From positions 1,760,001-1,824,000 of the forward strand of contig CAXXNF010000002.1 in NCBI GenBank assembly GCA_963666365.2: 64,000 nt of DNA. The letters run 5' to 3'. Shown in pieces: positions 39,724-49,663 of this stretch. The notes beneath the pieces were generated by a model. The model was not told where the DNA came from, did no database searches, and saw nothing but the letters and a program-made list of their open reading frames with translations. The number at the start of each line of letters is the position of its first letter. Position 1 is the first letter of the stretch. The position numbers and the translations under genes were made by a program. The DNA is from Syntrophales bacterium (GTDB taxonomy: Bacteria; Desulfobacterota; Syntrophia; Syntrophales; UBA2210).

Positions 39724-40377
39724 ATGGATAAAGATCCGGATATCGATATCATCGAACTTGCCGACACTGTGGACAAGGAGGAAGAAGGAGTGCAACAGAA
39801 CTTCGATGACGAGTACGATGATGAGCCTCGGTCTTCTTTCACCCTCCAGAAAAAAACTCTCTACATCGGGGGTGCAATCGTACTCGTGGTAATTGTCATT
39901 GTCGCCCTGCTGTCATCATCGGGAGAGAGCGATATCTCAAAGGCTGATTTTAGCGCCCTGAGTGAGCGCATTGAACATATTGAAGCGCGGGTGTCCGATC
40001 TGGAGGGACTCGAAGGTCGTATTTCCGTTGCATTGCAGGCACAGAAGAGCGCCCTGAAGGAAACTGTCACCGAGGCCGCCGGAACGGGGGGAACCATGGT
40101 ACAACAGCTCGACCTGCTGGCACGGAAAGTAGAAGCGTTGCAGCAGAAAATGGGATCCGTCGTGAAGGAGGCCCAGGCCATAAGGGCCGACAAAACGGAA
40201 CGAACACAGGTGCAGAAGGCCCGGTATCACGTGGTAAACCGTGGAGACAGTCTCTATGGCATTGCCAAAAAATACGGGCTTTCCGTAGAGAAGCTTTGTG
40301 CCCTCAATAAGATTTCAACCCGGAAGCCCATCCATCCCGGGCAGAAGCTCCTGGTTTCCGTCGCTGCGGGGTCGTGA
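39724..40377 (+). CDS. Membrane-anchored coiled-coil LysM protein
   Basis: Acidic N-terminus, one TM, coiled coil, YHVVNRGDSLYGIAKKYG LysM. Confidence 0.88.
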   Translation: MDKDPDIDIIELADTVDKEEEGVQQNFDDEYDDEPRSSFTLQKKTLYIGGAIVLVVIVIVALLSSSGESDISKADFSALSERIEHIEARVSDLEGLEGRISVALQAQKSALKETVTEAAGTGGTMVQQLDLLARKVEALQQKMGSVVKEAQAIRADKTERTQVQKARYHVVNRGDSLYGIAKKYGLSVEKLCALNKISTRKPIHPGQKLLVSVAAGS

Positions 40378-40387
40378 GAGTGCCGCA

Positions 40388-40426
40388 GGCAACGGTTTCC
40401 TCCACCTGCGGAGGCAACCGTTGCCG
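40388..40426. terminator. Strong hairpin after the LysM gene
   Basis: GGCAACGGTT-T-CCTCC..GGAGG-C-AACCGTTGCC; no U tract. Confidence 0.4.
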
Positions 40427-40536
40427 TGATGATAGGTGCGCATGCGAATTGTCCCTTCCCCGCGCGGCGAAACTCACCAAGGTGAACCCCTGTATCTTTT
40501 ACTGTACTTTGGCGGAAATGCTCTTATAACGACACC

Positions 40537-41499
40537 ATGATTCCCCTTCGTGATACAATTCGCTCCAAAAATTATCCCGTTGTCAACATGACGCTGATTG
40601 TGATCAATGTCCTTGCAGGAATCATTGAGCTGGGACATTTACCTGAAATCGACGCCTTCATCTTTACCTACGGCCTTGTGCCTGCCCGCTACACCGTGCC
40701 GGAACTGGGCGTGCACTTCAGCTTTGGCGAACAAGCCCTGGCCCTTGTGTCATTTTTGTTTCTCCATGGCGGATTTTGGCATCTTCTGGGCAATATGTGG
40801 TTTCTCTACATATTCGGCGATAACGTAGAAGACACCCTGGGGCCGTTGCGCTACCTGGTATTCTATCTTCTCTGCGGGTGGGTTTCAGGACTGACGCATT
40901 TGTTGTTTAATTTTTATTCCCAGGTGCCCACCATAGGTGCAAGCGGAGCCGTCGCCGGCGTGATGGGGGCCTATTTCATCACCTATCCACGCTCCAAAAT
41001 TCTCACTTTGATTCCAATTATCATTATTCCCTTCTTTGTGGAGATTCCTGCTGCCGTATTCCTGGGGCTATGGTTCCTTTTTCAGTTTTTAAGCGCTTCT
41101 CTTGCCGATGCACACGCGAGCACTATCGCATGGTGGGCCCATATCGGCGGTTTCGTCGCGGGGATGGTGTTTTTAAAAGTGTTTCAAAGGTTCCCCCAGG
41201 CCGGGGCACTATCAGAGGTGCGGCAAAAAACAGTCAAAAGACGATCGCCGCGGCTTCACGTAATCAAAATGGCGCGCAGGGGAGATAACTTTTACGGAAC
41301 GATGGTGATCACTGAAAAGGAAGCCCTGAGGGGCACGCGAAAGACTATCAGCATTCCCCGCGGGTTTCAGAAGACACTCTTTACGGTGACAATCCCACCG
41401 GGTGTTAAGAACGGTCAGATCGTCAGGCTGGCCGGAATTGCGGGAAGACTCGGTGATACACCCGGTGGAGACGCCTTTCTGAAAGTGGCGGTCGAGTAA
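40537..41499 (+). CDS. Rhomboid protease with C-terminal DnaJ-CTD-like domain
   Basis: HLLGNM, GASGA, AHIGG; tail VITEKEALRG..VTIPPGVKNGQIVRLAG..GDAFLKV. Confidence 0.88.
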   Translation: MIPLRDTIRSKNYPVVNMTLIVINVLAGIIELGHLPEIDAFIFTYGLVPARYTVPELGVHFSFGEQALALVSFLFLHGGFWHLLGNMWFLYIFGDNVEDTLGPLRYLVFYLLCGWVSGLTHLLFNFYSQVPTIGASGAVAGVMGAYFITYPRSKILTLIPIIIIPFFVEIPAAVFLGLWFLFQFLSASLADAHASTIAWWAHIGGFVAGMVFLKVFQRFPQAGALSEVRQKTVKRRSPRLHVIKMARRGDNFYGTMVITEKEALRGTRKTISIPRGFQKTLFTVTIPPGVKNGQIVRLAGIAGRLGDTPGGDAFLKVAVE

Positions 41500-41560
41500 A
41501 AAGCAGGAAACGTCAAAAAGCAAGAAAGTTTAAAAGTGTCTTGAGTGAGGATTAATAATT

Positions 41561-41809
41561 ATGAAAGATGCAGTATGGAAGGTCGTGTGCCATGCACCGG
41601 GGATGGTAAATGCGAATATCATTCTCGGAAGACTCGAGACCGAGGGTATCCCGGTGAAACTGGAATATGAAGCGGTCGGTCCGATTTACGGGCTGACCAT
41701 CGACGGTCTCGGAGATGTGCGGGTCCTCGTTCCCGAGGACTGTCTGTCCCGCGCCCGGGAGGCTTTGGCCGAAACCTATGAGGAAGAAGAAATTATGTGG
41801 AACGAGTAA
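41561..41809 (+). CDS. DUF2007 domain protein
   Basis: A.II.GRLETEGIP..G.VRVLVPED..A. Confidence 0.75.
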   Translation: MKDAVWKVVCHAPGMVNANIILGRLETEGIPVKLEYEAVGPIYGLTIDGLGDVRVLVPEDCLSRAREALAETYEEEEIMWNE

Positions 41810-41830
41810 TCGGGGCCGTAACGGGCGCTG

Positions 41831-42097
41831 TCATGCCCGGATAATGGTCCAAAGTCCCACGGCGATAAAGGCCGCTCCGGCAACTTTCACCATGATTTTT
41901 TCGTTTATAAACTGAGAAAGCGCGGCGCCTACAAAGACCGCCAGTGCCGAAGCCGCCACAAGGGCAAGGGCGGACCCCAGGAACACCACAGCCTTGTTGT
42001 TCTGCGCCCCCGATGCATAGAGCATGGTGGCTAGTTGCGTTTTGTCCGCAATCTCCGCAATAAAAACAGTCGCAAATACCGTGAAAAACAGTCTCAT
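41831..42097 (-). CDS. TMEM165/GDT1 (UPF0016) half-size transporter
   Basis: AEIADKTQLAT motif. Confidence 0.88.
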   Translation of the reverse strand: MRLFFTVFATVFIAEIADKTQLATMLYASGAQNNKAVVFLGSALALVAASALAVFVGAALSQFINEKIMVKVAGAAFIAVGLWTIIRA

Positions 42098-42225
42098 TGT
42101 TCATCCTCGCGTTTCATTCTTTCCCACTGCCGTCGGTCGCTGCTTCATGCCTTCCGCACACTCTTTCCAATTGAACGATCCTTCAAGAGACTTGAATGAC
42201 AGGCGGCGTCCTTTCTCGAAGCATT

Positions 42226-43239
42226 TCATGATAAAATACCGTCGAGGGGGGCGGCACAATGCGGACAGGCGTGCCCTTCCAGGTCTATCCTGTTGACAGT
42301 AAATCCGAACCGTTCGATCAGGAGGTGGCCGCAGGAGGCGCAGAAGGTGTGTTCTCCCTCGTCACCGGGGATGTTTCCTGTGTAGACGTACTTCAACCCT
42401 GCCTCTTTACCAATGTTCCATGCGCGATGGAGCGTTGCGCGTGGCGTCGGCGGGGTATGCCCCATTTTGTAGTGGGCATGGAAGCGGCTGATGTGCCAGG
42501 GGGTTTCGGCCCCCAGTGAGGCGATAAACCGGGCGATATCCCGAAGCTCTTCATCGCTGTCGTTGAGATCGGGAATGATCAGCGTGGTTATCTCTATCCA
42601 GATGCCCAGATCCTTCAGTCTTTTCAGACTGTCCAGGACCGGTTGAAGCCGTGCCCCGCAGTATCTTCTGTAGAAATCATCGCTGAATGATTTAAGATCG
42701 ATATTGGCGGCATCGAGAAAGGGAGGCATCAGCTCGATACATTCCTGCGACATGAAGCCGTTCGACACAAAGACGTTGCCGATGCCGTTCTTTCTGGCAA
42801 GTAATCCCACTTCGGAGGCAAATTCAAAAAATATTGTCGGTTCCGTGTAAGTATACGCGATGGTTCGTGAACCGCTTTGAACGGCCCTCTGTACCACCGA
42901 TTCCGGAGTGCGTTCGCTTCCCATGATTGTTCCTTCATCCCGTGGCATCTGGGAAATGCTGTGATTCTGACAGAAGGTGCAGCGAAAATTGCAGCCCACC
43001 GTGGCGACCGATAGCGAACGTGATCCGGGATAGACATGAAAAAGCGGTTTTTTTTCAATGGGATCAACATTTTCCGCAATGACCATTCCGTAGACGAGCG
43101 TATGAAGTCTGCCGTCCCTGTTTTCCCTCACGCCGCAGACTCCTCTGTGAGAGGGAGCGATAGTACACTTATGCGCGCAAAGATGACAGCGCAGGCGATC
43201 GTCTGAAAGTCTTTCGTAGAGTAGTGCTTCTTTCATCAT
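42226..43239 (-). CDS. amrS: AmmeMemoRadiSam radical SAM enzyme
   Basis: CHLC..C, DPIEKKPL, CNFRCTFCQN, YTYTEP. Confidence 0.9.
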   Translation of the reverse strand: MMKEALLYERLSDDRLRCHLCAHKCTIAPSHRGVCGVRENRDGRLHTLVYGMVIAENVDPIEKKPLFHVYPGSRSLSVATVGCNFRCTFCQNHSISQMPRDEGTIMGSERTPESVVQRAVQSGSRTIAYTYTEPTIFFEFASEVGLLARKNGIGNVFVSNGFMSQECIELMPPFLDAANIDLKSFSDDFYRRYCGARLQPVLDSLKRLKDLGIWIEITTLIIPDLNDSDEELRDIARFIASLGAETPWHISRFHAHYKMGHTPPTPRATLHRAWNIGKEAGLKYVYTGNIPGDEGEHTFCASCGHLLIERFGFTVNRIDLEGHACPHCAAPLDGILS

Positions 43240-44009
43240 TCTTTCATTTCCCGTGTCGCTGTGCCAGGTACGCGTTCATTTCCTCCCAGCGACGTCTTTA
43301 TGGAATTTTTTATCGGCTTCTGGAGCGTTCTCCGAGTGAATACAACGGGGAAAGAGACCCCTACAAAGGCGCCGAAGGGATTTTTCATCGGAGAAATTTT
43401 TTCTTCGATCTGTTCCGCAGCGGGGTACCATGAAAGAGGGAAAAAGATCACGCTCCCCCATCGAACGGGCACATCGCCCATAATATGCTTTACCATGCTG
43501 ATGAGATTGAATGGGCCAAGAAAATACGTGACGGATTCCATCGGGGCACAAATCGATCCCGCCTTCCTCAGAGTCGACGCCGAAAAAGACATCCGATTCA
43601 ACACACCCAGAAAGACCCGGTTCCTGCTGACCCGTATGGCTTCGCTGACGGCCTTTCGGATATTGCCTGCCTTTTCGAGGGATGTGATCATGGTAACGAT
43701 ATCGAATTCATTATCAGAAAAGGGGAGATCATCGCAGTCTCCCCGGTAAAGATCGGCCTGTTTCCCCATTTTTTCCCGTGCCGCCTCAAGAATGAAGGGA
43801 GATGTCTCGACACCGGTGACCGTACATCCTTTTCGCTTAAAACGGGCGAGATGATGACCTGTTTTACATCCCACATCGAGCAATCGTTCGCCGGTCTGCG
43901 GTTGGAGAAGCGACATCACGAGCTCACACTCACGCCTGTCGGTATAGGCGCCTGTGGATGACGTGAGCCACCGTTCGTAGGATCTGATTATTTCTTCATC
44001 CCGGCCCAT
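43236..44009 (-). CDS. Class I SAM methyltransferase
   Basis: LLDVGCKTG, LPFSDNEFD. Confidence 0.85.
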   Translation of the reverse strand: MGRDEEIIRSYERWLTSSTGAYTDRRECELVMSLLQPQTGERLLDVGCKTGHHLARFKRKGCTVTGVETSPFILEAAREKMGKQADLYRGDCDDLPFSDNEFDIVTMITSLEKAGNIRKAVSEAIRVSRNRVFLGVLNRMSFSASTLRKAGSICAPMESVTYFLGPFNLISMVKHIMGDVPVRWGSVIFFPLSWYPAAEQIEEKISPMKNPFGAFVGVSFPVVFTRRTLQKPIKNSIKTSLGGNERVPGTATREMKE

Positions 44010-44094
44010 GGTCTTAGTTCACTCTTTGCCCCAGAGTTTCCAGCACACTGATGAGCGGGCATAACCCACCTATGATCCCTGTGATGTATATACG

Positions 44095-45087
44095 CTAGCC
44101 ACCGATTGCGGACATGCCTCTCACGCATTTTTTTCTTGATGTCTGATAAGAGGGACCATCATAGGATTGGGGTTTTTTGCTGATAATATCGCTGATAAGC
44201 GCTCGCAGATGACGATCGCTGCACCCCTCCCGCAAGGGGGTTTTCAGGTCCACTGACGGCTCATCCGAAAAGAGACAGGCCCTCAAATTGCCGTCCGCAG
44301 TTAAGCGAAGTCTGTTGCAGGATTCGCAGAACTGATGACTCATGGCGCTGATGAAGCCTAGTTCACCCCGGGCGCCCTCAATTTTGACTACGCGCGCCGG
44401 GCCGTGAGCTTCGTCCCTATTTCTGCCGAGATAAACCAATCGGTGGATCCGTTTTAATTGTTCTATAATCACATCGTTTGAGAGGTGCGTAAACTGCTCG
44501 TCCATAGTTCCGCCAATAGGCATATACTCTATAAATCTGACTTGATAGGGACGCTCCAGCGTGAGCCCGGCGAAGTTTTCTATCTCATCGTTATTGAAAC
44601 CGCGGATTCCCACAATGTTGATCTTTATCGGCGCAAATCCCACTTGATGTGCCTTTTCGATGCCGCGAAGCACCCGATCGAGGTCACCGCCGCGAGTGAT
44701 TTTTTTGTACTTTTCAGGGATCAGTGAATCAAGACTTACGTTAATGCGGCGGATGCCTGCATCGAAAAGGGGTTCGGCAAATTCTTCAAGGAATATCCCG
44801 TTTGTGGTGAGGCTTATGTCCCGAAGACCTTCCACTGTGCCAAGCTCGGCGAGAAAATCCACCACACCACGACGCACCAGGGGTTCGCCCCCGGTAACTC
44901 GGACCTTGATAATACCGTTTTTTACGGCCACATTTACTATTCTGAGGATTTCTTCATAACGGAGAATATCCTCGTGTCCGATAAAAGAAAGCCCCTCTTT
45001 GGGCATACAGTATATGCAACGCAGGTTGCACCTGTCGGTGATGGAAACCCTCAGGTAGTTGATGGTTCGATTATATCCGTCAATCAT
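44095..45087 (-). CDS. moaA: GTP 3',8-cyclase
   Basis: YLRVSITDRCNLRCIYC, CESCNRLR, C-terminal IGG. Confidence 0.96.
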   Translation of the reverse strand: MIDGYNRTINYLRVSITDRCNLRCIYCMPKEGLSFIGHEDILRYEEILRIVNVAVKNGIIKVRVTGGEPLVRRGVVDFLAELGTVEGLRDISLTTNGIFLEEFAEPLFDAGIRRINVSLDSLIPEKYKKITRGGDLDRVLRGIEKAHQVGFAPIKINIVGIRGFNNDEIENFAGLTLERPYQVRFIEYMPIGGTMDEQFTHLSNDVIIEQLKRIHRLVYLGRNRDEAHGPARVVKIEGARGELGFISAMSHQFCESCNRLRLTADGNLRACLFSDEPSVDLKTPLREGCSDRHLRALISDIISKKPQSYDGPSYQTSRKKCVRGMSAIGG

Positions 45088-45166
45088 GCAATTCGGTACA
45101 ATCCTTTACGTGTGTTTCGCTAAAGTAGCTCTGTCTATCACAGTTTGTCTTGCAAGGCAAGAATCC

Positions 45167-46585
45167 TTAGATTCCCAGACGCGCCCGATATGAAACGGTT
45201 ACTTCGCCGTCTTTTGCAACGGGAATGTCAAAACGGACCGTGAAGGCGTCAACCTTCCGATAGGGGTGACTGTTGCCGGTGATTTCCCAGTTGCCGTAAA
45301 TCGGTTCGATAATGTTTACGGTAATGTCTTCCGCCTTGTGGTTTTTCAGGACAATCTCCCACTCCGATTCAAAAAGCCGCGACGTGATCTGACGGAAATC
45401 GGTTTGCGTTCTCTCAGCCACGATATCAAAGGCCTCTCCGACCTTCAGCGTCACCGTCTCATCTTTCGGCGTGTGAATGATTGAGTCCTCGCCGATGAAC
45501 TGCTGGCTTCCGGCGGCATCCTTTTTGTAGAGGCGAATCACGCCGGCCGGAAGCGGCACGCCCAAATTGTTTCCCGCGGCATTCATGAAGGAGATATGAA
45601 CCTCCACCGGCTGTGTATGCTTCTTGCCGGCATAGGGGCGGGTGAAATATCCCTTCGTACCATACACGCTGTAAGTCTTTGTCACTCCCACAGGGGCAGC
45701 CTCCAAAAGACTGATCTGCTTCGTCTGGTTGTTCTTGATGGTGGTTCGCCGCAGGAGATCGTAGATATGATATTCGAAAAAGGGCTGTTCTTCGAACTGA
45801 GGCGCCGCTTTGGCGGCCAGCAGTTCTCTTCTTACGGCCATGTCGGCCTGCGGCGCCTTTACACGGTTCACTTCTCCGGCGATCAGCTTGAGTTTCGCAT
45901 CACGATAGGTGGCGCCGCTTTTGTTGTCGATGGTGACCCACCCTGCGAGCTCCGAAGAGATATCATCTTTGTCGAGAACCATGACATAATCAGCTTTCCA
46001 GTCAATGTTCCCGGTGAGGTAGGACACCTCAATCTGCTGCGGCGTTGCCGACCGACTTTCAAAAAGCCAGGTAAGCGTGGGCTTAGCAATCAAATTTTCC
46101 GGAATCTCGGGAAGGACCTTAATGCCGGGGTGTCCGATGTAAATCTCGCCGTCGATCCGGTAAATCTCATCTTCGTTATTACTGAGGAGAGTGGCTTCAA
46201 CGACATCTTTTCGATCCTGGTACCTGTTCCAGTCGACGATCTTGATTTGTTTCCCCACATACTTGTCGAGAAGCTTTCTGCCGTTCATAAGATCGTATTC
46301 ATAATTTTGTTCCAGAATTCTCAATGCCTGGGGTGTTCCTGCCGAGGATACATGAACCGTCACGGGCATGATGTGGGCCGCCACATCCATAAAGCGCAAT
46401 TCTCCCATGCCGGCGTGAAGGGACACGGTCCTTGTGTCCTTCACGAGGCCTATATTGCTGTTGTAGACTGTTATTTCCATCGCGTTCTGATCGTCGGCGG
46501 TGCTTTTCAAAAGGGGGATCTCTGCCCACACGCCCGTGGCGAAAAGAAGAGCGAACAGACATACAATACCGTATCTGAGCTTCAT
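45167..46585 (-). CDS. DUF4139 domain secreted protein
   Basis: TVYN..GLVKD, EQNYEYDL, W.ADY, EYHIY, GVPLPAG. Confidence 0.8.
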   Translation of the reverse strand: MKLRYGIVCLFALLFATGVWAEIPLLKSTADDQNAMEITVYNSNIGLVKDTRTVSLHAGMGELRFMDVAAHIMPVTVHVSSAGTPQALRILEQNYEYDLMNGRKLLDKYVGKQIKIVDWNRYQDRKDVVEATLLSNNEDEIYRIDGEIYIGHPGIKVLPEIPENLIAKPTLTWLFESRSATPQQIEVSYLTGNIDWKADYVMVLDKDDISSELAGWVTIDNKSGATYRDAKLKLIAGEVNRVKAPQADMAVRRELLAAKAAPQFEEQPFFEYHIYDLLRRTTIKNNQTKQISLLEAAPVGVTKTYSVYGTKGYFTRPYAGKKHTQPVEVHISFMNAAGNNLGVPLPAGVIRLYKKDAAGSQQFIGEDSIIHTPKDETVTLKVGEAFDIVAERTQTDFRQITSRLFESEWEIVLKNHKAEDITVNIIEPIYGNWEITGNSHPYRKVDAFTVRFDIPVAKDGEVTVSYRARLGI

Positions 46586-46684
46586 ATGCATTCTCCTTCC
46601 CTTGTTTTCAAGTACCTTAAAGAATACCATGTTTCGAGGATGAAGAGCAGCGTTCTTTTGTATGACACGTTGAGACAACTGATT

Positions 46685-49297
46685 TCATCTCACACCGGAT
46701 ACTTTCTGTAAAATGTATATGACGTCCCCCGGGTCTATTTTGTTGTTCTTGTTAAAGTCGTAAGAAAAAATATTGTCCGTAAGTGTGATGGGTCCGTCCG
46801 GTGCCATTCCTGCGATCAGACGCAGCACAAGAATCGCATGGAACAAATCCACGGGGACAAAGGCGTCCATTTTCATGAAAAAGGCGTCTGTGCCACCAAA
46901 ATAATTTTGTTCCAGGAAAGATCCATAGGTGAAGCCTGCCGTCAGCAGTGTGCCATCGCTGCTGAGCGATACCGCCTGAGCATAATCCGCAAATAATCCT
47001 CCTCCCAGCTGTCTATTCCAGAGCACGTTACCGCTGCCGCTGTATTTCCTCACCAGTGCATCGGGCCCGGAAGCGCCCACCACATAGACATCTCCCCAAG
47101 GATCTATCGATATGTCGCGAATTTCGTCCATATAATCCCCTGCGGCGCCAAACTGGTCTGTCCATAATTCGTTTCCTGCACTGTCATACTTGCGGATAAA
47201 CGCATCAAAGGGAGGGCCTTCGAATGTTTTCCCCGGTAAGGCGCTGTCCGTTCTCCCTGCCACGTAGACGCCGAACCGGCTGTCTACCTCCACCGCCAGT
47301 GCATGGTCCTCTTCGGGGGTGCCGAACTGGCGTGTCCATAGTTCAGTGCCGCTGCTATCGTACTTGCGCACATAGGCATCAGATCTGCCCAGATAGGTTT
47401 GTCCGGGAAGCGCCGAATCGGTTATTCCCGCAAAATATATGTTATGCCGACTGTCGACGGCAAAGCTTGTAGGCTCTGTGATATCGTTCAATTGCGTAGT
47501 CCAGAGCATAGTGCCTTCGGCATTGTACTTGTGGACGTGGGTATGTCCTCCGGCGTAGATTTCATGGGAGTACCAGGCAATATATACATTGTTGTCATCA
47601 TCCAGTCTTACTCCTATTGCCTCATCGGGAGCCTCGGTACCGAACTGGCGTGTCCACAGCTCCATACCCTGTGTGTCATATTTGCGTAAGAATACGTCCG
47701 GCGCTCCTGTGTTTGTCTGGCCGTGCAATGCACCGCCGGTCGTGCCCGCTATATACTGATTGCCTGCTCCATCAACTGCAAGATCACTGACCATTGTTCC
47801 CATGCCTGTGCCGAATTGCACTGTCCAGCGTCTTTTACCGTCGCGGCTCCACTTACTGACAAAGGCATCCCATCCCCCGCTCCAGGAACTATTCTCGTAC
47901 CCAGGAAATTCACCATACGTTTTGCCGGCAACATAGACATTCCCTTTGCCATCGATACCTATGGCATGTGCCTCATCTTCGACGTTGGTGCCAAGCTGCA
48001 GAGCCCAATCAACCCCTGCGGGGAGTGAGTGCGATGCTGCCGGAATATCGGATAAGCCCATGAGGAATAGATCTGATCCTCCCAGGTGGGTCTGGCCCGG
48101 GAGGGCGCCATTGACTATTCCGACCATATAGATGGCACCATCTGGACCTATCGCGATGTCATCGGCGGAATCGGCACCACCCGTGCCGAACTGCCATGTG
48201 ATAATTTCATTCGCTTCGCTATCACATTTGGTGACAAAGGCGTCTTCTCCGCCCACCCCGATCTGGCCTGGAATACCGCCATATCGCGTTGAACCTGTTA
48301 TCAAAAGGTTGCCGGCATTATCTATTGCCATCCCCGTCGCGTATCCCCAAAAGGGACAAAGCCACAGTTCGTCACCATTCACATCGAATTTGGCAACAAA
48401 ACTGCCATTCAACTGTCCTGCCACATAAATTTTGCCGTCAGGACCACGCGCAAGTCTCAGAGCTGAGTCGGCAAAGGCAGTGCCAAACTGCTGCGTCCAT
48501 AGTTCGTTTCCTTCACTGTCGTAGGCACGGAGGAAGGCATCTGCATAGCCCCGGTTCGTATGACCGGGGAAGGCGCCGTATGTATATCCTGCCACATATA
48601 TTCTGTTATGTTCGGTATCCGCCATAACATCAACGGCGACATCTTCGCTCGGTGTGCCGAATTGATATGACCAGAGCCGGATGCCGCTGCTGTTGTATTT
48701 GGTAATGAAGGCATTCGAATCGGTCCGTCCCGTAATGTAGGCATTTTCCTCACTGTCCAGGCTTACTGCGAGGGGCTCGTCCTGGTTTTCGGTGCCGAAC
48801 TGGCGCGTCCAGAGTTCCTTTCCTGTTGCATCATATTTGCGGATGAACGCATCGTGCTGTCCGGAGTGTGTCTGGTCAGGGAAGCTTCCCCCGGTGGTCC
48901 CTATCACATAGGCGTTTCCCTCACCGGTCACGGCAACGTCACCGGCACGGTCGCCCATGGCAGTGCCGAATTGACGTATCCAGATCAGTTCACCATTGCT
49001 GCTGTATTTCATTGTATAGGCATCTACGTCTCCAGATCCACTTTGCCCCGGAAGAACGCCGATGGTCCATCCGACGACATACAGGTTGCCCGAATTATCC
49101 ACTCCCACACCGGTGGCGTTGTCCTCGGTCGTTGTGCCTGTCTGTTGAATCCAGGAGATATCCGCACCGGATACTGTGGGGAACATGATGCCTGTCATCA
49201 GCACGAGCGTCACTGCTGCCAGTGCAAATATTTCCGCGCGGTGTATCATGGAGATGGGGTCAGCCTCCTGTTGCAGCCTCTTCCGCGTTTCTTTCAT
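46685..49297 (-). CDS. Secreted SBBP beta-propeller repeat protein with dockerin-like tail
   Basis: 14 WxxQFGT-type repeats; C-terminal DFNKNNKIDPGDVIYILQ; start uncertain. Confidence 0.85.
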   Translation of the reverse strand: MKETRKRLQQEADPISMIHRAEIFALAAVTLVLMTGIMFPTVSGADISWIQQTGTTTEDNATGVGVDNSGNLYVVGWTIGVLPGQSGSGDVDAYTMKYSSNGELIWIRQFGTAMGDRAGDVAVTGEGNAYVIGTTGGSFPDQTHSGQHDAFIRKYDATGKELWTRQFGTENQDEPLAVSLDSEENAYITGRTDSNAFITKYNSSGIRLWSYQFGTPSEDVAVDVMADTEHNRIYVAGYTYGAFPGHTNRGYADAFLRAYDSEGNELWTQQFGTAFADSALRLARGPDGKIYVAGQLNGSFVAKFDVNGDELWLCPFWGYATGMAIDNAGNLLITGSTRYGGIPGQIGVGGEDAFVTKCDSEANEIITWQFGTGGADSADDIAIGPDGAIYMVGIVNGALPGQTHLGGSDLFLMGLSDIPAASHSLPAGVDWALQLGTNVEDEAHAIGIDGKGNVYVAGKTYGEFPGYENSSWSGGWDAFVSKWSRDGKRRWTVQFGTGMGTMVSDLAVDGAGNQYIAGTTGGALHGQTNTGAPDVFLRKYDTQGMELWTRQFGTEAPDEAIGVRLDDDNNVYIAWYSHEIYAGGHTHVHKYNAEGTMLWTTQLNDITEPTSFAVDSRHNIYFAGITDSALPGQTYLGRSDAYVRKYDSSGTELWTRQFGTPEEDHALAVEVDSRFGVYVAGRTDSALPGKTFEGPPFDAFIRKYDSAGNELWTDQFGAAGDYMDEIRDISIDPWGDVYVVGASGPDALVRKYSGSGNVLWNRQLGGGLFADYAQAVSLSSDGTLLTAGFTYGSFLEQNYFGGTDAFFMKMDAFVPVDLFHAILVLRLIAGMAPDGPITLTDNIFSYDFNKNNKIDPGDVIYILQKVSGVR

Positions 49298-49663
49298 GTG
49301 GTTGGGTTCTCCGTTTATGAGTTGTTTTTTCAAAAAACGCGACTCTATTTTCTCACTGTTTTTAGAGGCAATCAATAGTTAAGTTGAAAGACAACGACCT
49401 GTGGCAAACAAGGAAATACTGCCGTGGACATTGCTGCATCAATTTCTGTCAGACAAAGACCGACGGGATGTAGGATGACACCCCCTTTTTAATTCAGACG
49501 AATGCCGATACCCAAATAATTAATTTTACTGTATTCGACCATTGTCTCAGGGCAAAGCAAGCGATGGCTGCTGCAGTTAACCCGACACGCAGGTCCTTTG
49601 CGCAGAACCCAGGTTCTGACGCCTATGGCGCGTGCCCGAAAATAAAGGAGAAGGAGGCGAAAA

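Noticed and set aside
46685..49297. Recurring GTGCCGAACTGGCG-like motifs as a CRISPR or DGR repeat
   Set aside because: They are codons of protein propeller repeats; no cas or reverse transcriptase gene nearby
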